Shown: positions 13,965 through 24,542 of the stretch, in pieces
Layout of the letters: every line of letters begins with the position of its first letter
Numbering within the stretch: the stretch's first letter is position 1
NCBI RefSeq assembly: GCF_963921235.1
Contig: NC_086108.1
Span: forward strand, 115,694,001 to 115,758,000
Length of the DNA stretch: 64,000 nucleotides
Reading direction: 5' to 3'
From: Mobula hypostoma
Lineage: Eukaryota
Notes under the pieces: generated by a model
The model's input: the letters and a program-made list of their open reading frames with translations, nothing else
Told to the model about the DNA's origin: nothing
Databases searched by the model: none
Made by a program: the position numbers and the translations under genes

Positions 13965-15039
13965 TCGGCGCGGGAGCATTTGCAAAGTCACCAAGGTACG
14001 GCGTGCCAATGTCATCTGGCCGGAGCAAGCCTAGTCTCCACCCGGAGCGAGTGCCGGTAATTCGCCTTTCCTCACTGGAGCAACCCTGTCAAGTTACCTC
14101 ACCAAAGCGAGCCTGCAAAGTTTCCTTACCGAGGTGGGTCTGTCAGGTAACCTGCCGGAGGGAATCAAGAACTGCTGTCTACTGTTCCAAGTTGTGAGTC
14201 AAGTCCCGTCCCTGGCGGCACCCACGTACCGAGTCAAGTCCCGGCCCTGGCAGTCTGTGATTCCTGTCCTACCCCGCTGTCTGAATCCCTTCTCTACCTG
14301 TCTCGCCTCTAGCCCTCGTCTGCAGCCCTCACCTGCACTTCGGTCTAGTTCTATCGCCGGAGCTAGATAGGTACTGTCTGGCGTTCTTTTGTGTTGGTCT
14401 TATCTTGTCCTCGCCTCCGTGGGGTAAGTCAGGCTGTCTTGCCGTTGCCCCGTGGGGGGGGGGGTCATATCTTGTTGTGTCTTGTCCTCGCCTCCGTGGG
14501 GTAAGTCAGGCCGTCTTGCCGTTGCCCTGCGGGGTCCATGAGTCCCGGCCCTATGTCCTGTACCCAAGGAGGGGTCCCGGCTCTCTGTTCTGTGTGTGAG
14601 TCCTGGCCCTATGTCCTGTACCCAAGGAGGGGTCCTGGCTTTGTGTTCTGTGTATGTTTCCATGGTTCCATGTACCTGCTCTCCCGAGACCGAGGCTCTG
14701 TTTTCCATGTTCCTCCTCTCCCTAGCCCATGTCATGTCCCTGCCTGGTTCTGGAGTCCAAGCCCGAGGAAAGACCCAAGTACCCGGTCCTTGCCCAGTCT
14801 CAGGCTCGGAGTCCATACCCTAGCCTTTTCATGTCTCCTCTAGTTCTGGGAGCCGATTCCGAGTCCTAGCCCAGACCCTTGTCCCAGCCTAGTCATAGTC
14901 CTGAGTCTTTGTCCAGTTCGCTATTCCTGCTTCTGCTTTGTTCTCCTGGTATCAAACAATAAACTCAATTTAATTAACCTCACAAGATGTGTCTTGCATT
15001 TGGGTCCACCCTTGCTCCCAATGCCCCACCATTGTGACA
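13965..15039 (+). mobile_element. LTR family A, 5'-truncated solo LTR
   Basis: Ends GTGTCTTGCATTTTGGGTCC...ATTGTGACA like 20002-21000; AATAAA at ~14958; internal tandem duplications. Confidence 0.85.
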
Positions 15040-15330
15040 TGTGAGGAGGGATACTGGGTGTCAATCCACAGGCAACAGAGATCCCCCTTCTCTGGCAGCA
15101 GGGCCACGACTGCTCTCTGTCAAGAAAGGGGCACCTGACACGTCGCCATGATCTCCCCCAGTACCCCTGCATAATCAGCCCCTAGGAGAAATTCAACGGT
15201 CAACCCATCCAGTCCTGGGGACTTGTCTCTCTGTAGCTGGTTGAGGGCACTGGCCAGCTCCACCAAAGATAGCAGGGCACCTAGACAGTCAGCACCTCCA
15301 GGGCTGACCCTCGGCAAGTCCTTCTACAGA

Positions 15331-15552
15331 GTCAATAGACAATAGACAACAGGTGCAGGAGTAGGCCATTCGGCCCTTCGAGCCAGCACCGCCATTCACT
15401 GTGATCATGGCTGATCATCCACAATCAGTACCTGCCTTCTCCCCATATCCCTTGACTCCGTTATCATTAAGAGCTCTATCTAACTCTTTCTTGAAAGCAA
15501 GCAGAGAATTGGCCTCCACTGCCTTCTGAGGCAGAGCATTTCACAGATCCTC
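15331..15552 (-). mobile_element. CR1 3' tail fragment nested in Tx1
   Basis: CAATAGACAATAGAC tail plus GGTGCAGGAGTAGGCCATTCGGCCCTTCGAG; same subfamily as the 3' end at ~48010. Confidence 0.9.
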
Positions 15553-17340
15553 CGTTCATCCTCCTGCACGGGTCCGGTGAGAAGAGAGCTTCATAAAAAG
15601 GATGCATTTCCGCAACAATTCTGGCGGATCGTGACGGTGGAACCATGCTCTACCAGTGACTCCATGAGCTGCCTGCGGACACCCCTCCCCTTCGACAGAG
15701 AGTAGAAGAAGGGCGAGGTGTGATCCAGGTCCTGCAGCATCTGGACCCATGACCTCACGTAAGCACCTCGGGACCTCTCAAGCTGCAGGTGCCTCAGTGC
15801 CTCCTCCTACCTCCGGTGCTCATCCCAGAGGGGCTGATACCCACTGGTCAGCCCTAGCCGGGACTCCAAGTCGACCAGCTCCTTCTCGAGTCGATCCGCG
15901 AGCATAGTCCTGGCAGAGCAGTCGGATGTGAGCCTTGCCCACATCCCACGAGCCTCAGATGCCCCTGCTCTCCCGCCAGGACTCCCAGAACAGCCGGAAC
16001 GAATCCCGGAACCGGCCGTCCTCCAGCAGCCGGTCGTTGAAATACCAGTACACGGACCCCACCCCAAAGCGCATTCAGCTCCGTTCACACCCGGTGGTGG
16101 TCCGAGCAGGCAACCGCCCTCATGGAGGCAGCCGACACCCGGGAGACGTGCGGCCTGGAGATGTAGGGTTGGTCGTTCGGCGAGCCCCCACACCCTCTGT
16201 ATCTCCTTGAGGAAGCACAGAGGTCACGGGGAAGGCTTCGCCAGATACCGACCAAGTCCGAGGACACGACCGACCCCGGAACTTCCTCACCGATGCTCGA
16301 CCACTCTGGGGACCAGTGTGATCCCTCTCCTCGAGGGCGCAATTGAAATCACCCCCCAGGATAAAGCACTTGGTACGATCTACGGCCCCCAGCAACGCTG
16401 ACACCTCTCGGTGCACCTGCATCAGGCCGGGCTCATAGGCGTACATATCGACAAAGTCCATGGGCACGCTGTCCTGACGCATGGCAAGGTGAAGGAGATG
16501 GCCTGGAACAAGTTCCTGAACCTGTAAAGTCTTTGGCTGGAAAAAAGGGGCCAACAAGATGGCCACCCTGCTGGAAATGGAGCTGAGGTGATTCATGTGG
16601 ACCATCCCTCGCCACTCCAGGAACTAGGTGGATTCGTCCCCTGGAACGGTGCGAGTTTCCTGCAGGAAGCTCACTGCATAGCTCCTGTCCCGGAGGACAG
16701 AGAGATGATGAGATCTGTGGAGAGCACCACCACCCCCCCCCCCCACCACCACCGTTGATGTTAAGGGTTGCAGCTTATTGAGACCCCTCACCATAGCGCC
16801 TGGGAGAAGGAGCAGAGCTGTCCTTCGAGCCCTCGCTTGTCTTTAGCCTACAGCCCTTCTCCAGGGACTCCAAGAGTCTCCTCAGCTCCCTTCCCCTTTT
16901 TTGGAGAATAGTGCGGATAAACTGAACGACCCCTCCCAGACCTGACCGGCGATCGTGTGCCCCTCAAAATAACCCTGAAGCTGCCCCTCGGCATTCCCAC
17001 CCCACTGCAGCTGCATAAGCAGACGGTGCTGGAATGAGAACAGGTGCTCATAACCCTGCGGAGGTGCCCTGTACGGTATTGGGGTTATTTTTGATCACAC
17101 CTCGCCGATGGAGTACAAGTAGGGGAAGAGGGTCTTGTCACGGAGAGGGGAGTGCATGTCAGAGAGTATTACCACCTGCACGGGGCCCATCACCAACTCC
17201 ACCTTTAACCCCGACTCAGGGCCTAAAACACACTCCTCGGTGACTTCAAATAGAAAATAATTTTCCCATTCAAAGCCGCTGATGCAACAATGTCCTCACA
17301 GCCTCCAACAGTCTCCGCCACAGCTTTTACATGCCACGGC

Positions 17341-17660
17341 TGTGTCCAGTTCTGGTCACCTCACTGTAGGAAGGATGTGGCAGGGGTACAGAGGAGATTT
17401 ACCAGGATGCTGCCTGGTTTAGAGAGTGTGGATTATGATCAGAGATTAAGGGAGCTAGGGCTTTACTCTTTGGAGAGAAGGAGGATGAGAGGAGACATGA
17501 TAGAGGTGTACAAGATAATAGGAGGAATAGATAGAGTGGATAGCCAGCACCTCTTCCCCGGGGCACCACTGCTCAATACAAGAGGACATGGCATTAAGGT
17601 ACAGGCCAAAGGGCCAAAGGGCCTGTACTGTGCTGTACTATTCTATGTTCTATGTTTTAT
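17341..17660 (+). mobile_element. CR1 3' fragment nested in Tx1 ORF1
   Basis: CVQFWSPHCRKDV...RRFTRMLPGLES; TTCTATG tail; internal deletion. Confidence 0.9.
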
Positions 17661-18375
17661 GGCGAGAATCCTACCGACTGAAGTAGGCACGGTGCACTGC
17701 AGAGCATTCTTTCAAGTCAGTAATTTGAACGGGTGGTCCTCTTCATCAGCTGCAACTCCCGGCCCAGCAGCGTCCACATCTGACTTTGGTGGAGCCATCT
17801 TAGAGTTGCACTCTGCCAGGTCTCAGTTGGAATTCAAGAGTTCAAACGCCGCCGCTAGGAAATGACACAGTTTACAGCCAGCGGAACAATAGCAAACAGT
17901 CAAAAAGAAACAGTTCAAGGACGAGACGGGACGGACGGGAGGGGAGAAGGAATGGAAAGGTAGGGAAGTCCAAGCGGTGTTAAAAACCTCAGTCCCATCT
18001 GCAAACAGATGAAACTTTTCCCCAGCCGGTCTGCTGCTCCAAAGTCCAAAGTCCTTTTCACCCAGTGGCCCAAGGATAGGCGCTCCGAACGGGAAGGGTT
18101 TTCCACTGTAACAAACGCAATAAATCCGTTCCCACTCCCGGCAAAGTCAGACTCAAACTTCGGCAGTCTGCCAGCTGCACCTGGGCTCAGCATCGACAGA
18201 TACGGACCAAAAGCCTTCACCGAACCAAATCGTTCATGGCAAGGAAATCGTTTCAGTCCGCGGCTGAGGTGATATTCCACACTCTCAAAGTCCTCTGGCG
18301 GCCTGCAGAACCCTTCTTTGGCAATTTACAGCAAACCATAGAAACCATAGAAACTTTCAACTTTAGGAGAGAGAG

Positions 18376-19190
18376 CTCTGACATTATGTCCCTCCCTCAG
18401 TACCACCCCTCCCACAGTGTGACCCTCCCTCAGTACCACCCCTCCCACAGTGTGACCTTCCCTCAGTACCACCCCTCCCACAGTGTGACCCTCCCTCAGT
18501 ACCACCCCTCCCACAGTGTGACCCTCCCTCAGTACCACCCCTCCCACAGTGTGACCCTCCCTCAGTACCATCCCCCCACAGTGTGACCCTCCCTCAGTAC
18601 CACCCCTCCCACATTGTGACCCTCCCTCAGTACCACCCCTCCGACAGTGTGACCCTCCCTCAGTACCACCCCTCCCACAGTGTGACCCTCCCTCAGTACC
18701 ACCCCTCCCACAGTGTGACCCTCCCTCAGTACCACCCCTCCCACAGTGTGACCCTCCCTCAGTACCATCCCCCCACAGTGTGACCCTCCCTCAGTACCAC
18801 CCCTCTGACATTATGTCCCTCCCTCAGTACCACCCCTCCCACAGTGTGACCCTCCCTCAGTACCACCCCTCCCACAGTGTGACCCTCCCTCAGTACCACC
18901 CCTCCCACAGTGTGACCCTCCCTCAGTACCACCCCTCTCACAGTGTGACCCTCCCTCAGTACCACCCCTCCCAGTGTGACCCTCCCTCAGTACCACCCCT
19001 CCCACAGTGTGACCCTCCCTCAGTACCACCCCCCACAGTAGGACCCTCCCTCAGTACCACCCCTCCCACAGTGTGACTCTCTCAGTACTGCACTTCCTGC
19101 AGTGTGATCCCACCCTCAAAACCGACTCCCCCACCATGTGACTCCCCCCCCCCAGTCCCACAGTGAAATGCTCCCTCAGTACTGCCCCTT
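18376..19190. repeat. 30-bp minisatellite, right part
   Basis: Same unit as 4440-5149; about 25 units, decaying toward 19190. Confidence 0.95.
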
Positions 19191-19517
19191 TATGCTGGGC
19201 ACTGTCAGTGAGATCCCTCACTGTGGAACACAATGTCCCAAAGCCCCTGAGCTTGGTAAGCTGGCTGGAGAGCTGGCCCGGGTACCAGAGCGAGACTGTG
19301 TTGACAGCGTGCGGTCTGAGGATCAGTGTTGTGGTTACAAGTTGTCTGTATATAATCTCCACACTGAGCGCCCTGCCTTAGACAGAGGTCAGGTCTCGAT
19401 CGGGAGGATAATGTTCCACAAACCACGGCCCGGCCACGGATTACCTTTCATTCTCAGTCTTACTCCAGATTAATGGATTCTGCTTGGGGACACAGAGCTG
19501 TGGACAAAGTCTCTCAC

Positions 19518-19640
19518 GGGAGAACCGCCAGGGAGGCTGGCGCTGCAGGGATTGTTGGCACAGTGTAGCTGAGGCGGGTATGGGTTGTCATGAGGGTGCA
19601 GGAGGAACGGAGTGACCCTGGAGGAGGGGGGGACACTCCT
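19518..19640 (-). CDS. Candidate host exon, product unknown
   Basis: Minus-strand acceptor TGTCTTCTCCTGTCTCCCTCAG; possible donor GTGAGA gives 123 bp, open in two frames (RSVPPSSRVTPFLLHPHDNPYPPQLHCANNPCSASLPGGSP); non-repetitive island; no homology recognised. Confidence 0.2.
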
Positions 19641-20001
19641 CTGAGGGAGACAGGAGAAGACAATACAGAAAGAGGCCCTTCAGGCCAGCAAGTCTGCAAC
19701 TGACAGTCTAGTAGCCATTCCCCACTAATCCCTGTTACTTCACCCAATGAGGGACAAACTCATTAGATATAATGGTGGTGGCCAGATCAGTGGTACAGGG
19801 TGATGGTGATAGGCTGAAGGGCCAGGGGAGGCCAGGAGCACTGTGTGGAGATGGGCTGAAGGGCAAGGGGAGCCCTGTGATAATGGGCAAGGGTCAAGGG
19901 CCAAGTAGATAGGGAGCCCAGCGGCACAGGGTGAAGGTAAAGGGCGAAGGGCCATGGAAGGTGGAGCACTGGGCAAGAGTGATGGGCCGAATAGCTCGGG
20001 G

Positions 20002-21000
20002 TGTCATGGTTCGGTCTGTGAAGTCCACATTCCGGTTCACAGTCTGGTCCATTGACCTTTGTTCCAGGTTTTCCTGTTTACCCCATTTCTTTTGAGTACT
20101 CTAATTGAGCCACATGATTCTAGTTTGGGCAGACTCATAAATACTTCCAGAGACTAGGGCTTGGTTGCTGGATTGTTCCTGTCTGAATCCCTTCCCTTCC
20201 CTTCCTTCTGTTGCCTTGCCTCGCCTGTGACCCTCGCTTGCCCCTGGTCAGTCTTGCCTTGGAGCAACCCACTGGTTGAAGGCTAGTGCAGTCTTCGAGA
20301 TATGGATTTGGCTGTTCCGTAGCCCGCTGAGGTTACTGGCCACCTCGAGTCTTGGAGCCACCCTGGACCAAGCTCCCTTCCTGTCCCTTGCCTCCGTCGG
20401 GTAAGTCAGGCTGTTTGCCGTTACCCTGTGGTTGGTTCTGTCCTTCCCTGTTCCTTGCCTCCACTGGGTAATCCAGGCAATTTGCCATTACCCTGTGGTT
20501 GGTTCTATCCCTCCCTGTCCCTTGCCTCTGTCGGGTTAGAGTCCCGTGTCCTGCCCAGGGATCCAGGAGTTGCTCGAAGTACCCTTGCCCTGTCATGTCC
20601 TCGTCTGGCCTTCAAGACCCCAGCCTGTCTCCAAGCTCAAGCCTCAAGCCTCAAGACCAAGACCCCAGCCTGCAGCCCCAAGTCTCTAGACCCCAGCTAT
20701 GTCCTGTCCTGTAGCCATGTCATGTCCTTGCCTGGTTCTGGGGCCTGAGCCCGAGGCAAGACCCAGGTCTGGGTCCTTGTCCAGTCTCTGGCTCGGAGCC
20801 CAAGCCCAGGCTCCTGGTGCATAGTTCCTTGTCCGGATTCCCTGTCTTGTCCATCTCCTAGCCCAAGTCTGCACTCTTGTTCCTACTCCTTGTCTGTATC
20901 CTGTCATGTCCCTACTCTAGTCAAGTCCTGTTCCTTGTACTTCAGTGTCTGTGTCTTGCATTTGGGTCCGATCCCAGTGCCCCCCCGGCCAATTGTGACA
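20002..21000 (+). mobile_element. Solo LTR (family A), 999 bp
   Basis: TGTCATGG...TTGTGACA termini; flanks CGGGG / AGGGG (4 of 5 match as TSD); TATA-like CATAAATA near 20137. Confidence 0.9.
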
Positions 21001-21755
21001 AGGGGAGCCAGGGCATAGGATGAGGATGATTGGCTGAAGAGCTAGGGCATCCTGGGGCACAGGATGATGATAGGCTGAAGGACTGGGTAGAGCCCGAAGG
21101 CTCAAGCTGAGAGCGATGGGTCAAAAGGGTAGAGAGAACCTAGGTGCATAGAATCAGGTTGATGGGCTGTAGGGCCCAGATGGAAGGTGAATTTGGGACC
21201 AGGAGGCATGAGGCACAAGACAAAGATGATGGACTGGAGGGCAGAGAGGAGAGCAGAATGTTCCCAGCAGTGAGTTGCTGGGATCAGATCCACAGATTCA
21301 GTAGGAACCTGTCAAGGAAACAGTGTGTTGGAAAGAGCCGGTGGGTCAGGCAGCCTCCATGGGGAGAGAAATGGCTCAGATTACAGACTTATTGTATTTA
21401 GCTTAATTTTCACTGAATTTGGGAGATATTAGGATGGGGATAATGTGCAGAGTTGTGGGACAACCTTTCCTGAGCTGGCGGGGGGGGTGGGGTAGCACAG
21501 ATTCGATGCCAGACTGGCATCCCACAGGCTGAGAGGTTCTGTGCACCTCACTTCATTGGAGAGTTTAATTTAAGATCGGATGAAAATCTTTCCTGTGTTT
21601 AGTCCTGGGGCGTGACATCAGGCCAATTATTCATTATTTAAATGATATTGAACGAAGCATTCCATTGCCACAGGATTCTCAATGTGTGCAAAAGATCAGA
21701 ATCGGTTTCAATGTGACTCTCAGCGTGAGGCAGCAAGCCAATGAATAATGGAATT

Positions 21756-21820
21756 GAGAGAGAGAGAGAGAGAGAGACAGAGAGAGAGACAGACAGAGAG
21801 AGACTTACACTCAGACAGAC
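21756..21820. repeat. (GA)n / (GACA)n microsatellite
   Basis: Directly visible. Confidence 0.95.
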
Positions 21821-22033
21821 AGTGAAATGACACTCCCTTCCAGGCAGAAACTGACAGTGTGCGATTGGACCCACCCTGGCTGGTTTACCCCCTCCTGCTC
21901 TCTACGGGTGACCCCACCCCATTGAGAATCACTCGGATTTTATGATAAAATCCATCTCCATATTGATCCTTGGATGGTTTCTGAACAGGGAGGGATTTAT
22001 GTTCACAAGAGAGAATCAGACAGATAGACTCAC

Positions 22034-22279
22034 AGCAACACACATAAAAGTTGCTGGTGAACGCAGCAGGCCAGGCAGCATCTCTAGGAAGAGGTGCAGT
22101 CGACGTTTCAGGCCGAGACCCTTCGTCAGGACCAGAAAAGGTTCGTCCTGACGAAGGGTCTCGGCCTGAAACGTCGACTGCACCTCTTCCTAGAGATGCT
22201 GCCTGGCCTGCTGCGTTCACCAGCAACTTTTATGTGTGTTGCTTGAATTTCCAGCATCTGCAAAATTCCTGTTTGCGTA
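22034..22279. mobile_element. Penelope-like terminal-repeat element in perfect inverted (hairpin) arrangement
   Basis: Arms 22034-22132 and 22145-22243 are exact reverse complements with a 12-nt spacer; same repeat recurs at 24009, 27424, 29513, 32530, 35010. Confidence 0.85.
22145..22178 (+). ncRNA. Minimal type I hammerhead ribozyme motif (mirror copy on - strand at 22099-22132)
   Basis: GTC-CTGACGA-AGG gtctcgg CCT-GAAA-C-GTC-GAC: stem I GUC/GAC, core CUGANGA and GAAA, stem II AGG/CCU, cleavage triplet GUC. Confidence 0.75.
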
Positions 22280-23830
22280 GAAAAATAATCTTTCATGTCA
22301 AAGTGAAAACAGATCTCTACAAAGTAATCTAAATTATTTACAAATGTAAATCACAATATAATTCACCCCCTTTAACATGACAATCCAAATCCTAAGTATT
22401 CACCCTCTTTAACATGACACACCAAATCATCACTGGTGCAGCCAATTGGTTTTAAGAAGTCACATAATTAGTTAAGTGGAGATCACCTGTGTGCAGTCAA
22501 AGTGTTTCAATTGATTGTAGTAAAAATACACCAGTACCTGGAAGGTCTAACTGCTGGTGAGTCAGTATCCTGGCAAAAACTACACCATGAAGACAAGAAC
22601 ACTCCAAGCAACTCTGTGAAAAGGTTAGTGTAAAGCACAAGTCAGGAGATGGATACAAGAAAATTTCCAAGTCACTGAATTTAACTGGAGTACAGTTAAA
22701 TCAATTATCAAGAAATGGAAGAATATGGCACTGTTGTAAATCTGCCTAGAGCAGGCAGTCCTCAAAAACTGAGTGACTGTGCAAGAAGGGGACTAGTGAG
22801 GGAGGTCACCAAGTGACCTATGACAACTCTAGAGGAGTTACAAGCTTCAGTGGCTGAGATGGGAGAGACTGCACATACAACAACTGTTCCCAGGTGTCTC
22901 ACCAGTTGCAGCTTTATGGGAGAGTGGCAAAGAGAAAACCACTGTTGAAAAAAACTTGCATGAGATCTTGGCTAAAGTTTTCAGAAGCCATGTGGGAGTC
23001 TCTGAAGTCAGTTGAAAGAAGGTTCTATGGTTTGATGAAACCAAAATTGAGCTTTTTGGCCACCAGATTAAACGCTATGTTTGGCATAAACCAAACACCC
23101 CACATCAAAAACACACCATCCTACCGTGAAGCATGGTGGTGGCTGAATCATGCTGTGGGGATGCTTCACTGCAGCAGGCCCAGGAAGGCTTGTGAAGGTA
23201 GAGGGTAAAATGAATGCAGCAAAATACAGGGAAATCCTGGAGGAAAACCTGATGCAGTCTGCAAGGGGACTGCGACTTGGGAGAAGATTTGTTTTCCAGC
23301 AAGACGAAGACCCCAAGCATAAAGCCAAAGTGACATAGAAATGGCTTAAAAATGACAAAGTTAATGTCCTGGTGTGGCTGTCAGAGTCCAGACCTCAATT
23401 CAATTGAGAATTTGTGGATGGACTTAAAAAGAACTGTTCACTCACAATCCCCAGATCTGACAGAACTTGAGCAGTTATGTGAAACTGGGGAAAGATTGCG
23501 GTGTCCCGATGTGCAAAGCTGATAGAGACCTATCCACACAGACACAAGGCTGGAATGATGACCAAAGATGCATCTACTGAATACTGACTTGAAGGGGGTG
23601 AGTAATTATGCAATTATTCTTTCCAACTATTTTTGTATTTTATATTTATAATTAATTTAGATCACTTTGCAGAGATCTGTTTTCACTTTGACATGAAACA
23701 GTAGTTTTCTGTTGATTAGGGTAAAAAAAAAAGCCAAATTAAATCCAGTGTGATTCAATGTTATAAAACAATAAAATGTGAAAACTTCCAGGAATGGGGG
23801 TGGGGGAGGGGATACTTTTTATAGGCACTA
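22280..23830 (+). mobile_element. Tc1-family DNA transposon with long TIRs; transposase pseudogene ~22588-23587
   Basis: KHKSGDGYKKISKSL, MLWGCFTAAGPGRLVKVEGKMNAAKYREILEENL, FVFQQDEDPKHKAK, QSPDLNSIENLW; inverted repeats CATGTCAAAGTGAAAACAGATCTCT / AGAGATCTGTTTTCACTTTGACATG; outer left TIR lost. Confidence 0.92.
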
Positions 23831-24542
23831 CACATGTCACCACATACAACCCTGAGATTTTTTTTCTGCGGGCATACTTAGTTAATCTATAGAACAATAA
23901 CTGTAAGCAACAGGAACTGTTAACTGTAAACAAGCTGTACAAATGCAGATGTAAATAAACAGCAATAAATAACCAGCATGAAACAACAATATAACAGAGT
24001 CCTTAAATGACTAAACACGAGGAATTCTGCAGATGCTGGAAATTCAAGCAACACACATCAAAGTTGCTGGTGAACACAGCAGGCCAGGCAGCATCTCTAG
24101 GAAGAGGTACAGTCGATATTTCGGGCCGAAACCCTTCGTCAGGACTAACTGTCCAGCTCTTGGCTCCATCCCTCCCCCTCCTGTCTTCTCCTATCATTTT
24201 GGATCTCCCCCTCCCCCTCCCACTTTCAAATCTCTTACTAGCTCTTCCTTCAGTTAGTCCTGACGAAGGGTCTCAGCCCGAAACGTTGACTGTACCTCTT
24301 CCTAGAGATGCTGCCTGGCCTGCTGTGTTCACCAGCAACTTTTATGTGTGTACCTTAAATAAGTGGAGCTATCCCCTTTTGTTCAAGAGCCTGATGGTTG
24401 AGGGGTCGTAACTGTTCTTGAGCCTGGAGGTGTGAGTCCTGGGGCTCCTGCACCTTCTACCTGATGCGAGCAGTGGGAAAAGAGCCTGGCCTGGCTGCTG
24501 AGGATCTCTGATGGTGGATGCTGCTTTTCTAATTCAACACTC
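23831..24542 (-). mobile_element. Rex/Babar-like LINE 3' part (continues at 28976)
   Basis: ATGTCACCACATACAACCCTGAGATT 3' UTR and TTCAAGAGCCTGATGG...CTTCTACCTGATG coding end; interrupted by Penelope and Gypsy insertions. Confidence 0.7.
24009..24352. mobile_element. Penelope-like inverted terminal-repeat insertion with two hammerhead motifs
   Basis: Inverted arms around a pyrimidine-rich spacer; TSD CCTTAAAT at 24001-24008 and 24353-24360; CTGACGA core at 24260-24266(+) and a mirror copy at ~24111-24146(-). Confidence 0.85.

Larger units (their letters stand above)
15040..18375 (-). mobile_element. Tx1-like LINE 5' part: 5' UTR, ORF1 (ATG ~17798), ORF2 APE endonuclease (from ~16790) and start of RT
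   Basis: ORF1 remnant HPFKLLT...KAVAETVGG...ALNGKIIFYLKS; ORF2 ATLNING, SFLQET, ILGGDFNC, KSPGLDGLTVEF; interrupted by CR1 tails. The 5' limit is inferred from where the minisatellite resumes. Confidence 0.8.

Noticed and set aside
17915..18280. 121-aa minus ORF upstream of Tx1 ORF1
   Set aside because: Non-ATG start, no motif; probably GC-rich 5' UTR.
18376..19190. Regular ~30-bp repeats as a CRISPR array
   Set aside because: Units are directly adjacent with no unique spacers, no cas genes, eukaryotic context.
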